From an uncultured delta proteobacterium (GTDB taxonomy: Bacteria; Myxococcota_A; Polyangia; Haliangiales; Haliangiaceae), in the NCBI GenBank assembly GCA_963848295.1, contig CAWKDB010000010.1, positions 4,480,001 to 4,544,000 of the forward strand: a stretch of DNA of 64,000 bases, in the 5' to 3' direction. How positions within the stretch are numbered: position 1 is the first letter of the stretch; each line of letters begins with the position of its first letter. A program made the translations under genes and the position numbers. Below, in pieces: positions 38,758 to 48,730 of the stretch. The notes below the pieces were generated by a model that was not told where the DNA came from, did not search any database, and saw nothing but the letters and a program-made list of their open reading frames with translations.

Positions 38758-40173
38758 ATGACCTCCGTACTCACCGACGAGAAGATCCCTAACAACGTCC
38801 ACCTCGCCGACGATCGTCGCCTGCAGCGCGCGCTCGAGGCGTGGCAGCCGCAGTTCCTCGACTGGTGGAAGGCGATGGGCCCGGTCGGCTGGCAGGAGCG
38901 CGACATCTACTTGCGCACCGCGGTGTCGGTCGAGACCGACGGCTGGGCGCACTTCAACTACGTCAAGATGCCGGACTATCGCTGGGGGATCTTCCTCGAG
39001 CCGAAGCAGGAAGGCCGCGTGCACGGCTTCGGCGACTTCGCCGGCCAGCCGGTGTGGGACGAAGTTCCCGGCGAGTTCCGCAACATGTTGCGCCGCCTCG
39101 TCGTGACCCAAGGCGACACCGAGCCGGCGAGCGTCGAGCAGCAGCGCTTGCTCGGCGACACCGCGCCATCACTCTACGATCTGCGCAACCTGTTCCAGGT
39201 CAACGTCGAAGAGGGGCGTCATCTGTGGGCGATGGTCTACCTGCTCCACACGTACTTCGGTCGCGACGGTCGCGAAGAAGCCGAGGAGCTGCTCGCGCGC
39301 CGGTCGGGCGATGTCGACAAGCCGCGCATCCTCGGCGCGTTCAACGAGCCGACGTCGCACTGGCTGTCGTTCTTCATGTTCACGATGTTCACGGACCGCG
39401 ACGGCAAGTATCAGCTCGCGGCGCTCGCGGAGAGCGGCTTCGATCCGCTCGCACGCACCTGCCGGTTCATGCTGACCGAAGAAGCGCATCACATGTTCGT
39501 CGGCGAGAGCGGCGTGCAGCGCATCGTCAAGCGCGCGTGCGAGCTGATGAAGACCGCGCCGGGCGGCGACGTGCGCGCGGCCGGCGGCATCGACCTGCCG
39601 ACGATCCAGAAGTACCTGCACCTGTGGTACTCGCTATCGCTCGACTTGTTCGGCGGCGAGGTGTCGTCGAACGCGGCGGATGCGTTCGCGTCGGGACTCA
39701 AGGGTCGCTACAAAGAGGACCGCTATCCCGAGCACGAGTTGATCGGCTCGCACTTCGCGATGGACGTGCTCGAAGAAGGCAAGGTCGTCCACAAAGACAT
39801 CGCGATGCGCAACGCGCTCAACGAGGTGCTGCGCACCGAGTACATCAAGGACTGCCAGCGCGGCGTCGACCGCTGGAACAAGACGATCAAGGACGAGGGC
39901 ATCGACTTCGTCGTGACGCTGCCGTCCGCGAAGTTCCATCGCAACATCGGCATGTGGAGCACGCAGCGGTTCACGCCGACCGGCGAGATGATCGACCAGG
40001 CGACCTACGACGCGCGCAAGGGCGAGTGGCTACCGAACGCCGCCGACGAGGCGTTCGTGAAGACGCTGATGCACCCGGTGTACGAGCCCGGCAAGATGGC
40101 GAGCTGGATCGCGCCGCCGGCGAAGGGCATCAACAACCTGCCCGGCGACTTCGTCTACGTGAAGCCGGCGTGA
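38758..40173 (+). CDS. boxB: Benzoyl-CoA 2,3-epoxidase diiron subunit
   Basis: KIPNNV, QGDTEPASVEQQ, NVEEGRHLWAM, FTDRDGK, LTEEAHHMFVG. Confidence 0.96.
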   Translation: MTSVLTDEKIPNNVHLADDRRLQRALEAWQPQFLDWWKAMGPVGWQERDIYLRTAVSVETDGWAHFNYVKMPDYRWGIFLEPKQEGRVHGFGDFAGQPVWDEVPGEFRNMLRRLVVTQGDTEPASVEQQRLLGDTAPSLYDLRNLFQVNVEEGRHLWAMVYLLHTYFGRDGREEAEELLARRSGDVDKPRILGAFNEPTSHWLSFFMFTMFTDRDGKYQLAALAESGFDPLARTCRFMLTEEAHHMFVGESGVQRIVKRACELMKTAPGGDVRAAGGIDLPTIQKYLHLWYSLSLDLFGGEVSSNAADAFASGLKGRYKEDRYPEHELIGSHFAMDVLEEGKVVHKDIAMRNALNEVLRTEYIKDCQRGVDRWNKTIKDEGIDFVVTLPSAKFHRNIGMWSTQRFTPTGEMIDQATYDARKGEWLPNAADEAFVKTLMHPVYEPGKMASWIAPPAKGINNLPGDFVYVKPA

Positions 40174-40195
40174 CCACCGCGTAGCCGCGCCTCGA

Positions 40196-43135
40196 TCAGT
40201 GCAAGCGCCCGAGCAGGCCGTCGATCTCGACGATGCGCTTCGCCATCGGGCTGCCCTTCGCGCCTTGGCTGTAGATCGCTCGAGCGGCTAACAGCAGGCG
40301 CTTGGCTTCGACCGGATCGCGATGCAGCTCGACGAGGGCGTGCGCCTTCTCGAGCTCGGGCCAGGCAACCGCCTGTTGCTCCGCGCGCGCGCCCGCGACG
40401 GCCAGCGCGGCGGTCGCATCGCGGAGCTCGCCCTCGCGATCGCCGAGCCGGCCTTCGCACGTCGCGACCTGGGTGTACGCGAACGCGAGACGGTCGCTGT
40501 CGGGCATCGCGGCCTTGCGGATCTCGAGGCAGCGGCGAGCGGTCGCGAGCGCGTCGTCGAGCTTGCCGGCCGCCTGCTGGTCAGCGGACAGGTTGTACAG
40601 CAGCCCCGCGAACGACTCGGTGTTCGGGCCGAGTAGCTTCTCCTCGGCGGTCAGCGCGCGTTGCAGCCGTTCGATCGCGCGGTCGTAGTGACCGTGGTCG
40701 CTCTCGATCAGCGCGAGGTTCGTATCGCAGCTCGCGACCATCGAGCTATCCGGACCGAACTCGTGCTCGAACGTCGCGCGCGCGGCCTCGAGCAACGGCT
40801 CGGCTTCGTCATCGCGATCGTCTTCGAGCAGCGAAGCGCCGAGGTTGAGCTGCGCGTTCGCGACGTCCTCCGGAGCGCCCTTGCCGGCGCGCGCGAGCTC
40901 GAGTGCGTGTTGCCCGAGCTTCGTCGCGGTCTCGTTGTCACCGAGGTCCTTGTAGGTCAGGGCTTCGCCGGAGATCAGCCGAGCGAGCCGGGCGTCTTGG
41001 GGCCCGAGCGTGTCGGTGATCGTGGCGATCGCGGACTCGTACTCCTCGATCGCGTGCTTGGCATCGTTCGCGTCGCCGAGGATCGCGGCGTACTCGGCGT
41101 CGGCGGACGCGAGCGCGAGCGGCGACGCACCGTCCTTCAAGACCGAGATCGCGTGCTCGAGCTGCACGCGAGCGTGGGGCAGGTCCCCGCTGACCGCGAG
41201 GACCCGGGCGAGCGTGACCTGCATCCGCGCTGCGCCGAGCGGATCGGTGCGCTCGAACAGGCTCTCTTCGGATTGCGCGAGCTTGATCCACGGCTCGAGC
41301 TCCTTGAATCGCTCGCTATGACTGCCGACATCGAGGATCGAGCCAAGCGCCGCGAGCTCGACGCTGCGATCTCCGTCGGCGTGGGCTTTGTAATACGCAT
41401 CGCCGAGCTCGCTCAGCGAGCGCTCGACCTCACCCGATTCACCGTCGAGCGTTCCGCGGACGAGCCCGACGAGCTCTGCGAGCCCGCCGTGCTTGCCCAC
41501 TGGCGAGTCGCTGATCCGGTCGAGGGCCGCACGGGCCAGGTCCCGGTGGCCCGACTCGGCGCGATGCAACGCGACGAGCAACACCGCGCGCGCTTCGGAG
41601 ACGTCACGCCGGCCGATCGTGTCGAGCATCCCGTTCAGCGCGATCGGATCGCCGCATGGCCCGAGCGCGGGCAGGGTCTCGATCGTCGAGGCCGCGCTCG
41701 TGATGTCGAAGTTCTCCTGCAGCGAGCGCAACGCGGCGGCCGCGGTCACCGCGACGTCGTGGCGACAACCGATGCTGCGTTGGAACACGATGTCGGTCCA
41801 CTCGTGATGTTGATCGTGCGCTTCGCACGCCGCGACCGCGACCCCGCGATACGCCGCGGTGAAGTGCTCGATGTTCGAGCGCGCATGAGCGCCGACGTGG
41901 CCCGGCGCTTGATTCAGCCGAGCGACCACCTGCGTGCCGAGGCTCGCCGGAAAGTACGTCTCGAGGTCGTCACCGGCGGTGGCGCAGGTCGCCTCGCTCT
42001 GATCAGCACTGCTCGACAACACGTACGCCCCGGCACCACCCGCGACGAGCACGGCCCCGAGCGCGAGCGCCGGAACGAGCACCCGCTTGCGCGGCGGAAT
42101 CATCGCGGTGCGGATCGCGACGAGCAGCTCGCGCAGATCGCCATAGCGATCGCTCGGCTTCGCCGACAGACCGCGTTCGATCACCCTGCGCAGCGCGACC
42201 GGGACCTCGTTCGCCGGGGGCGTGCGCAGCTCGCGCCGCTCGATCGCCTGTTGCACCGCCTGCAACGTGCTGCCGGCGAACGGCCGCATCCCGAACAGCA
42301 GCTCCCACACGACGATGCAGAACGCGAACTCGTCACAGCGCGCGTCGACCTCGCCGGCCGCGTATTGCTCCGGCGCCATATACGCCGGCGTCCCGAGCAC
42401 GGTGCCGGTCTCGGTCATCGAGCTCGACACCGAGATCGGCCGGGACGACCCCGATCGATGCCCGCTCGGCACCGGCGTCGCGCTGGTCGGCGGGATCGAG
42501 AGGATCGCCGCATTCGCCCGGGCGAGCCCGAAGTCGCTGACGCGCGGCCGGCCGTCGGTGTCGACCAGCACGTTCTCCGGCTTGAAATCGCGATGAACGA
42601 TACCGGCCTTGTGCGCGGCGATCAGGCCCTCTCCGACCAGCAACATCATCTCGACGATCTCTCGCCACGCGCGCGGCTTCTCGGTCGCCCAGACGCGCAA
42701 CGTCGAGCCGCGCACGTACTCCATCGCGACGAACAGGCGGTCGCCGAGGCTGCCGACCTCGAACACGGTGACGACGTTCGGGTGTGCGAGCTGCGCCATC
42801 GCCAGGGCTTCGCGATACAGCCGATCGCCACCCGTGCCCGCCGGGTGGAGCTTGACCGCGACGTCGCGACCGAGCTGTTGATCGCGGGCGAGGTACACGG
42901 TGCCCATCCCGCCGCGGCCGAGCACCGACGCCACGACATAGCGCTCGCCGATCGACTGGCCGACCGGCAGCTCGACGATCGGGTCGGTGGCGAGCCGCGG
43001 AGGCTGTGCGTTCGAAGCGTCCTGCGTCTCGCCGTCGCTGATGCCGCGCGTGTGGTCGGGCGCGAGCGAGCCCGGCGTGGCGGGCGACGCCATCGTATTG
43101 GCGAGCGGAAGCTCGTCTTCGCGCTGGCCCGCCAC
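40196..43135 (-). CDS. Membrane Ser/Thr kinase with C-terminal TPR repeats
   Basis: GRGGMG, VAVK, HRDFKPEN, DFG, GTPAYMAPE; TM helix; TPR-like repeats; start is approximate. Confidence 0.9.
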   Translation of the reverse strand: MAGQREDELPLANTMASPATPGSLAPDHTRGISDGETQDASNAQPPRLATDPIVELPVGQSIGERYVVASVLGRGGMGTVYLARDQQLGRDVAVKLHPAGTGGDRLYREALAMAQLAHPNVVTVFEVGSLGDRLFVAMEYVRGSTLRVWATEKPRAWREIVEMMLLVGEGLIAAHKAGIVHRDFKPENVLVDTDGRPRVSDFGLARANAAILSIPPTSATPVPSGHRSGSSRPISVSSSMTETGTVLGTPAYMAPEQYAAGEVDARCDEFAFCIVVWELLFGMRPFAGSTLQAVQQAIERRELRTPPANEVPVALRRVIERGLSAKPSDRYGDLRELLVAIRTAMIPPRKRVLVPALALGAVLVAGGAGAYVLSSSADQSEATCATAGDDLETYFPASLGTQVVARLNQAPGHVGAHARSNIEHFTAAYRGVAVAACEAHDQHHEWTDIVFQRSIGCRHDVAVTAAAALRSLQENFDITSAASTIETLPALGPCGDPIALNGMLDTIGRRDVSEARAVLLVALHRAESGHRDLARAALDRISDSPVGKHGGLAELVGLVRGTLDGESGEVERSLSELGDAYYKAHADGDRSVELAALGSILDVGSHSERFKELEPWIKLAQSEESLFERTDPLGAARMQVTLARVLAVSGDLPHARVQLEHAISVLKDGASPLALASADAEYAAILGDANDAKHAIEEYESAIATITDTLGPQDARLARLISGEALTYKDLGDNETATKLGQHALELARAGKGAPEDVANAQLNLGASLLEDDRDDEAEPLLEAARATFEHEFGPDSSMVASCDTNLALIESDHGHYDRAIERLQRALTAEEKLLGPNTESFAGLLYNLSADQQAAGKLDDALATARRCLEIRKAAMPDSDRLAFAYTQVATCEGRLGDREGELRDATAALAVAGARAEQQAVAWPELEKAHALVELHRDPVEAKRLLLAARAIYSQGAKGSPMAKRIVEIDGLLGRLH

Positions 43136-43196
43136 GGCGACGATGGTACCCGAGTCGCCGGCCCGTAGGACGCGGATCGGGTTCCGGAGATGCGTC

Positions 43197-44894
43197 CTAG
43201 TTCGCGCTCTGCGGCAGCGAGCACCATGGCGTGAGGCCGGCGACCGGCAGCACGACATCGTTGGTCGCGCCGGACTGGTCGCACTCTTCGTCGGCGCTCC
43301 ACGCGTTCCAGTCGCCCGAGCGGCCGAGCGACGACGCGTAGCTCGTGAACGGATCGTAGCCACCGTTCGTCATCGCGAACACCGTCGGATCGACGCAGCC
43401 GCCTTGGGCTTGGGTCGTCTCGTATTGCTCGATGATCTGGTACATCGCGCTGGTCGTGTGGTCCCAGCAGCACGTTCGCGAGCTGGCGTAGGCGAGCGGG
43501 GCGAACACGTAGTCGTCGATCGTGCGGTACTGGGTGTCGACCGCGACCTGGTCCATGCCGAAGTTTGCGGCCATCAGCGTGTAGAGCTGGCCGAACGCTT
43601 GCTCGCGATCGGTGCGCGCGGCGCACGACGACGGATGGCTCGCGAGGTACGTGCGCTTTTCTTGGATCACGCCGACCAGCTGGTCGCGCTCCGCTCTCGG
43701 ATCGGGGTCGCCGAGGATCTCGCCGAACTTCGCGACCCGCGCCGCGATCGCATCGTAGTCCGTGTCGTTGATCCAGCTCGCTTCATCGGCGTTCATCCAC
43801 GTGTTCATCCACTTGCCGTCGTGGACCTTGGCGACGCGGAAGCGCTTGAGCCCGCCGTTGAGGTGCGAGTACGGCGTGTCGCCGCCGTATGCGGTGTTGA
43901 GATCCGGACCGCCCGCCTCGGGCGTGGTGAACAAGCTGCGGGTCTCGCCTGGGTCCTGCCACTCCGGCTGCGCCGGCGGATCGTTGCCGTAGATCGCTTC
44001 CGCTTGCATCAGGCCGCCGCCGAGCTGAGTGACGCGGGTGATCACGGTCGTGTGGCCATCGACGGTCGGAGCGCGCGCGAACATCAGGACGTCGCCGGTG
44101 CGCAAGGCTTCAGGTACGAGGTTGTACGTGTTGCGGCCGTCGACCATGTTGTGCGAGCCGAGGTACGCCTGCGTGAACATGATCAGGCGCGCGGCACGCT
44201 TGTTGAGGTGGATCTCGTCGAGGAATGCGCCGAGGCGTGCACCCGGGCCGAGATTCGGCAGGTCGTCGCCCGACGAGATGCCGCTGGTGCGCAGCGACGT
44301 GTCCTCGGGCCAGCTCGCGCCGTACTGCGCCGGCGATTCGTTGGAGTAGTCCGCATAAGCGGTCGCCCACGACGACGAGTGCGACCACTTGCCGGCCGCG
44401 GTGCGAACGCCGAAGTGGCCGAAAAACACCGGCGTCGCACCGTCGTAGCCGACCATGTAGAACGGCAGGTGATACCAAGCGGAGAACGACATCCGCAGCA
44501 TGATCGCGAGATCGGCGCAGTCGAGCTTCGGACCTGGCACTGACTTACCGAAGGGCGTCGAGATCGTGACGGTCGTGAACGAGCCGTCGAGGTTCGGAAT
44601 CTGTTGGAGCGAGCCGACCCACGCCGCGAACTTCTGATCCCAGTCGAGCCCGCTGTTCGCGCTCCACGCGATACCAGCGGCCTGCGCGGCAGCGCTGTCG
44701 GTGTCTTCCCATTGATTCGAGACGGTCCACGCTTGGGTCGCCGAGTAGTCGCCGTCGACCGGCAGCGACGGAACACCGACCGAATCTTCCTTGCCCAGTG
44801 GCGGGCCCGGATCGAGCTCGGTCGTGGACGTGTCGCCGCTGGCGCACGAGGTGGCGGCGATGGCAACGGTGAGCGCGATGAGGAAACGACGCAT
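43197..44894 (-). CDS. Large lipoprotein, possible papain/NlpC-P60-like Cys hydrolase
   Basis: ATSC lipobox; LDCADLAIMLR and GDVLMF...DGHTTVI motifs. Confidence 0.6.
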   Translation of the reverse strand: MRRFLIALTVAIAATSCASGDTSTTELDPGPPLGKEDSVGVPSLPVDGDYSATQAWTVSNQWEDTDSAAAQAAGIAWSANSGLDWDQKFAAWVGSLQQIPNLDGSFTTVTISTPFGKSVPGPKLDCADLAIMLRMSFSAWYHLPFYMVGYDGATPVFFGHFGVRTAAGKWSHSSSWATAYADYSNESPAQYGASWPEDTSLRTSGISSGDDLPNLGPGARLGAFLDEIHLNKRAARLIMFTQAYLGSHNMVDGRNTYNLVPEALRTGDVLMFARAPTVDGHTTVITRVTQLGGGLMQAEAIYGNDPPAQPEWQDPGETRSLFTTPEAGGPDLNTAYGGDTPYSHLNGGLKRFRVAKVHDGKWMNTWMNADEASWINDTDYDAIAARVAKFGEILGDPDPRAERDQLVGVIQEKRTYLASHPSSCAARTDREQAFGQLYTLMAANFGMDQVAVDTQYRTIDDYVFAPLAYASSRTCCWDHTTSAMYQIIEQYETTQAQGGCVDPTVFAMTNGGYDPFTSYASSLGRSGDWNAWSADEECDQSGATNDVVLPVAGLTPWCSLPQSAN

Positions 44895-45014
44895 GGCACG
44901 AGGCATACGCACGACCTGGGCCAAATGCCCCACCCATGGATCCGAGGGCCTACGGGAGCAACTCCGTCAGGCGGCAACTCGATCAGCCGGCGATCGAAGC
45001 GACGGCTGTCACCA

Positions 45015-45296
45015 TCACATGCCGGCGTCGACCAGCGATGGCCCGTCACGCGTGGCGCGGTCACAGGCCTCGAGGTGGTCACCGCCGACGTCGACGACGG
45101 TGCACTCGTACGTCGCATAGCGACCGCAGCCGCTCGCGCGATAGGCCTCGCCGCCGAGCGCCTCCAGGTCGAGCTGGTCGGTCGCGCACGGGAACTCCTG
45201 CGACGCGCGCTGCAGGACGATCGCCTCGAAATCGCGGTCGAGCTGCGCCTGGTCCGGCAGTCCATCAACACAGCTCGCAAGCATCATCGCGATCAA
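45015..45296 (-). CDS. Small Cys-containing lipoprotein
   Basis: LASC lipobox; RASQEFPC...YRASGCGRYATYEC; start uncertain. Confidence 0.65.
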   Translation of the reverse strand: MIAMMLASCVDGLPDQAQLDRDFEAIVLQRASQEFPCATDQLDLEALGGEAYRASGCGRYATYECTVVDVGGDHLEACDRATRDGPSLVDAGM

Positions 45297-45345
45297 CCCA
45301 TCGCCTCATGGGTCGAGCCTGCCGGTCGACTCTCGCCCGTGCGAG

Positions 45346-46509
45346 TTAAGACTTCTTCGTCGTCTTCGCGAGCAGGTCGCCGAACGTACCGAGCTTGTTC
45401 GGGGCCTTCGGCGCGGCAGCGACATCTTCGGGGCTCGCATCGTTCGACGCTGCGAGCGACAACCCGATGCGCCGGCGCTCGTGATCGACCGACACGACGG
45501 AGGCCTCGACCGTCTGTCCGACCGCAACGACTTCCTTGGGATGATTGATCCGTTTGCCGGCGCCGAGCTCGCTGATGTGGACGAGCCCCTCGACGCCGGG
45601 TGCGATCTCGACGAACGCGCCGAATGGCTGGAGCCGCGTGACCATGCCTTTGACGCGCGAGCCTTCGTGCAGGCTGGCGGTCGAATCGCGCCAGGGATCG
45701 TTCGCGAGCGCTTTGAGCGACAAGCTGATCCGCTCGCCTTTCTCGCCGGGCTCGATCTTGAGGACCGCGACGTCGATCTCCTGACCGAGTCCGAGCACGT
45801 CCTCGGGTTTGTCGACGCGCTGAAACCCGAGCTCGCTGACGTGCAGCATGCCCTCGATGCCGCCGAGATCGACGAACGCGCCGAACGGCTTGAACCCGAC
45901 GACCTTGCCGCGCAGCACGACCCCCGGCACGAGCTTCTTGCGGGTCTCGGCCGCGCGCTTCGCGTTGTCTTCTTCGAGTAAGGCGCGCCGCGACAGTACG
46001 AGGTTGCGCGGCTCGTACCGCGTGATCCGAAACGTCAGCCTCTGGCCGACGTACACCGCGAGGTCGTCGACGAACCGCGCCTCGATCTGCGATGCCGGGC
46101 AGAACCCGCGCACGCCCGAGACATCGACCGAGACACCGCCCTTGATGACCTCGGTCACCGTACCCTCCACTGGCAAGCCGAGCTCGGCCGCTTGCGCGAG
46201 CTCCGCGGACAGCTGCGGGCCGCGCATGACCTTCGTGCGCAGCATCAAGGTGCCACCCTGGTCGTTGACGACGCGCGCCTCGACCACGTCGCCGACCTTC
46301 ACGAGTAGCTTGTCGTCGGAGTCGCTCACCTGATTGCGGTCGAGCTGGCCTTCGGCTTTGCCGCCGATGTCGACGAACACGGCTTCCTTGCCGATCGTCA
46401 CGATCTTGCCTTTGATCAGATCGCCGACTCGCGGACGCTTGCCTGCCTTCGGTTGGCCGCGCTCGCTCTCGGCAAGCATCGCGGCAAAGTCGTCGTCGTC
46501 GTCCGCCAT
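45346..46509 (-). CDS. S1 RNA-binding domain protein (four S1 domains; ribosomal S1-like)
   Basis: VFVDIGGKAEG, RGFCPASQ, FGAFVDLGGIEGMLHVSEL, FGAFVEIAPGVEGLVHISEL. Confidence 0.92.
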   Translation of the reverse strand: MADDDDDFAAMLAESERGQPKAGKRPRVGDLIKGKIVTIGKEAVFVDIGGKAEGQLDRNQVSDSDDKLLVKVGDVVEARVVNDQGGTLMLRTKVMRGPQLSAELAQAAELGLPVEGTVTEVIKGGVSVDVSGVRGFCPASQIEARFVDDLAVYVGQRLTFRITRYEPRNLVLSRRALLEEDNAKRAAETRKKLVPGVVLRGKVVGFKPFGAFVDLGGIEGMLHVSELGFQRVDKPEDVLGLGQEIDVAVLKIEPGEKGERISLSLKALANDPWRDSTASLHEGSRVKGMVTRLQPFGAFVEIAPGVEGLVHISELGAGKRINHPKEVVAVGQTVEASVVSVDHERRRIGLSLAASNDASPEDVAAAPKAPNKLGTFGDLLAKTTKKS

Positions 46510-46644
46510 CGCGCGCAGCCTACTGGAATCGTCGGCCGCGCGGGGCGCCGATGCGTGGAATCATGTCGCCGTCACAGGTCGAGCCGCGCAGTCGACGCGC
46601 GGTCCGTCCGCCAAAGTCGCCGCCGCGACATACCGCCGCCGAAC

Positions 46645-46758
46645 GGTGCCGGAATCAAGCACTGTCGTTCCTGCAAGGGTGCTGGAATCAAGCACTGTCG
46701 TTCCTGCGAGGGTGCCGGAATCAAGCACTGTCGTTCCTGCGAGGCTGCCGGAATCAAG
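46645..46758. repeat. Intergenic 33-bp tandem repeat, about 3.5 copies
   Basis: Unit GGTGCCGGAATCAAGCACTGTCGTTCCTGC(A/G)AG at 46645, 46678 and 46711, partial at 46744. Confidence 0.95.
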
Positions 46759-46792
46759 GCGCGGAAGCGTCGCCGTTCGGGCGACGGGCGGG

Positions 46793-47761
46793 CTAGTTCG
46801 ACGCGACGCGCATCTCCTGCGCCGACTTCTTCGGCAGCGTCACCGTGGCGCCGACGCTCGCCGTGCTCTCGATCGGGGCGGTCGTCGTGTTAACCGGCGT
46901 GGCGGCCTTCGCCGCGAGGCCGAGGAACCCAGCCTTGCGCATCGCCCAGTCCCACATCCGGGTCGGGAGCATCGCGCTCATCCAAAAGATCATCGCGTTG
47001 AACCGCGGCGCGACGTAGCGCGCCCATGGCCGACGGGCGCGGACTGCGCGTGCGATCGCCTTCGCGATGACGATCGGCTCGCCAGCGAACCGGTTCGCGA
47101 TCTTCGACATCTGCTCCTGCTTCGCCATCGATGCGCCATAGACCGAGTCCTTGAACTGCTCGGTGTTCGCAAGCGCGGTCGCTTCGAAGTTGGTCTTGAT
47201 CACGCCGGGTTCGATCAAGACGACGCTGATCCCGAACGGCTGCAGCTCGTAGCGCAGCGCATCCGACATCGCCTCGACCGCGTACTTCGTCGCGTTGTAG
47301 ACCCCGAAGAATGGCAGCGTGATCTTTCCACCGACGCTCGAGACGTTGATGATCCGGCCGGAGCGGCGATCGCGCATCTGCGGGATAAACGCGCGCGTCA
47401 CGTTGATCAGACCGAACACGTTGGTCTCGAATTGACGTCGAGTCTCCGAGTCGGAGATCTCGGACGTCGGCCCGAGCACGCCGAAGCCGGCGTTGTTGAC
47501 GAGGACGTCGAGGCCATGACCGCCGGTCAGGCGGTTGACTTCCGACACCGAGTCCGCGATCGACGTGATCGAGGTGACATCGAGGACGAGCGTATCGAGC
47601 TTGAGCCCGATCTCCGTCGCCTCCGCTTTGAGCTTCGCGAGCTCGACGACTTTGCGACCGCTCGCGATCACATGGTGACCTTGGCGGGCTAGGTGAAGGG
47701 CAGTGCTGCGGCCAATGCCCGCGGTGGCTCCAGTGATCAGAACGGTCTTCGAGGTCGACAT
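46793..47761 (-). CDS. Short-chain dehydrogenase/reductase
   Basis: TGATAGIG, NNAG, NVSS, YNATK; AGGAG RBS. Confidence 0.95.
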   Translation of the reverse strand: MSTSKTVLITGATAGIGRSTALHLARQGHHVIASGRKVVELAKLKAEATEIGLKLDTLVLDVTSITSIADSVSEVNRLTGGHGLDVLVNNAGFGVLGPTSEISDSETRRQFETNVFGLINVTRAFIPQMRDRRSGRIINVSSVGGKITLPFFGVYNATKYAVEAMSDALRYELQPFGISVVLIEPGVIKTNFEATALANTEQFKDSVYGASMAKQEQMSKIANRFAGEPIVIAKAIARAVRARRPWARYVAPRFNAMIFWMSAMLPTRMWDWAMRKAGFLGLAAKAATPVNTTTAPIESTASVGATVTLPKKSAQEMRVASN

Positions 47762-47782
47762 GGCGTGGCTCCTACTGGTTGT

Positions 47783-47800
47783 GGAATGAACATTCATTCC
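47783..47800. promoter_or_regulatory. TetR operator, copy upstream of the SDR gene
   Basis: GGAATGAA-CA-TTCATTCC palindrome, 17/18 identical to the copy at 48546. Confidence 0.85.
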
Positions 47801-47847
47801 GATAAGGACTATGAAAAGACAAGTGATTACTTGCCCATCGAGAACAG

Positions 47848-48540
47848 CTAACTGCGAATCGCTTCCCAGATGCACTGACCGGCGAACAGCCAATCCGCCT
47901 GCGCGAGCGGCTGGTCGATCTCGACACAGCTTCGAATCACTCCGACGAACGCGCCCATCACGATGCCCATGAGCAGACGCGGCGCACCGCGCTTGAGCTC
48001 GCCCTTGGCTTGGGCGGCCGTGACGATGCCCGTGAACAGATCCATCATTCGCTGCTCGACCGCGCGGCTCTCGGCATCGAGGTAGCGCGCGTGGTGATGC
48101 AGCTCTAGAAATACGAATGCGCTCGGGTTGCCGACCGCAAATCCGGCCATCCGATCCCACAGCGTGCGGAACATCTCGCGGGCGGGCAGAGTGGGCGGAA
48201 AATCGTCGATGACGGCATGCGCGAACCGAGTCTTCTGCTCGCGGTACATCGCGTTGACGAGTGCTTCTTTAGATTCGAAGTAGCGGTAGATCGTGCCGGC
48301 ACCGACGCCCGCCTTGTCGGCGATCTCGGGCACGGCCGTGCCATAGAACCCGCGGTCCACAAACAACTCGAGCGCCGCCGAGACGATCGCCTCCCGCTTG
48401 TCGGTGCCGCGGCTGATCGTGCCTTGGCTGGGCCGAGTCGGCGCGATCGGCAAGCTGGCCGGCGGCGACTCGTAGACCCGGGCTGCCCCGTGGACCTGCC
48501 CGGTCATGACCGTCTTGCTGCCTTTCGTGGCCGCCGTCAT
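47848..48540 (-). CDS. TetR/AcrR family transcriptional regulator
   Basis: AIVSAALELFVDRGFYGTAVPEIADKAGVGAGTIYRYFESKEAL. Confidence 0.95.
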   Translation of the reverse strand: MTAATKGSKTVMTGQVHGAARVYESPPASLPIAPTRPSQGTISRGTDKREAIVSAALELFVDRGFYGTAVPEIADKAGVGAGTIYRYFESKEALVNAMYREQKTRFAHAVIDDFPPTLPAREMFRTLWDRMAGFAVGNPSAFVFLELHHHARYLDAESRAVEQRMMDLFTGIVTAAQAKGELKRGAPRLLMGIVMGAFVGVIRSCVEIDQPLAQADWLFAGQCIWEAIRS

Positions 48541-48545
48541 CGCAG

Positions 48546-48563
48546 GGAATGAATATTCATTCC
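48546..48563. promoter_or_regulatory. TetR operator, autoregulatory copy
   Basis: Perfect 18-bp palindrome GGAATGAATATTCATTCC, 5 nt upstream of the tetR ATG. Confidence 0.85.
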
Positions 48564-48730
48564 GCGACGAGTGCGCAAGTGGTTTCTTCGATCTTTGTTA
48601 TCGCCCACAGAAAATCCAAGTAATTCTATGTTATTGGGATGCCAACAGATCGGCGAGCAACGCCATGTGATCGGAGACGTCGCCAGTTCGTCGGTCGCTA
48701 AGGCGCTCATCGCGAACCCTCTATCGGAAA

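Noticed and set aside
46645..46758. CRISPR array
   Set aside because: Units are head-to-tail with no unique spacers, and there are no cas genes in the window.
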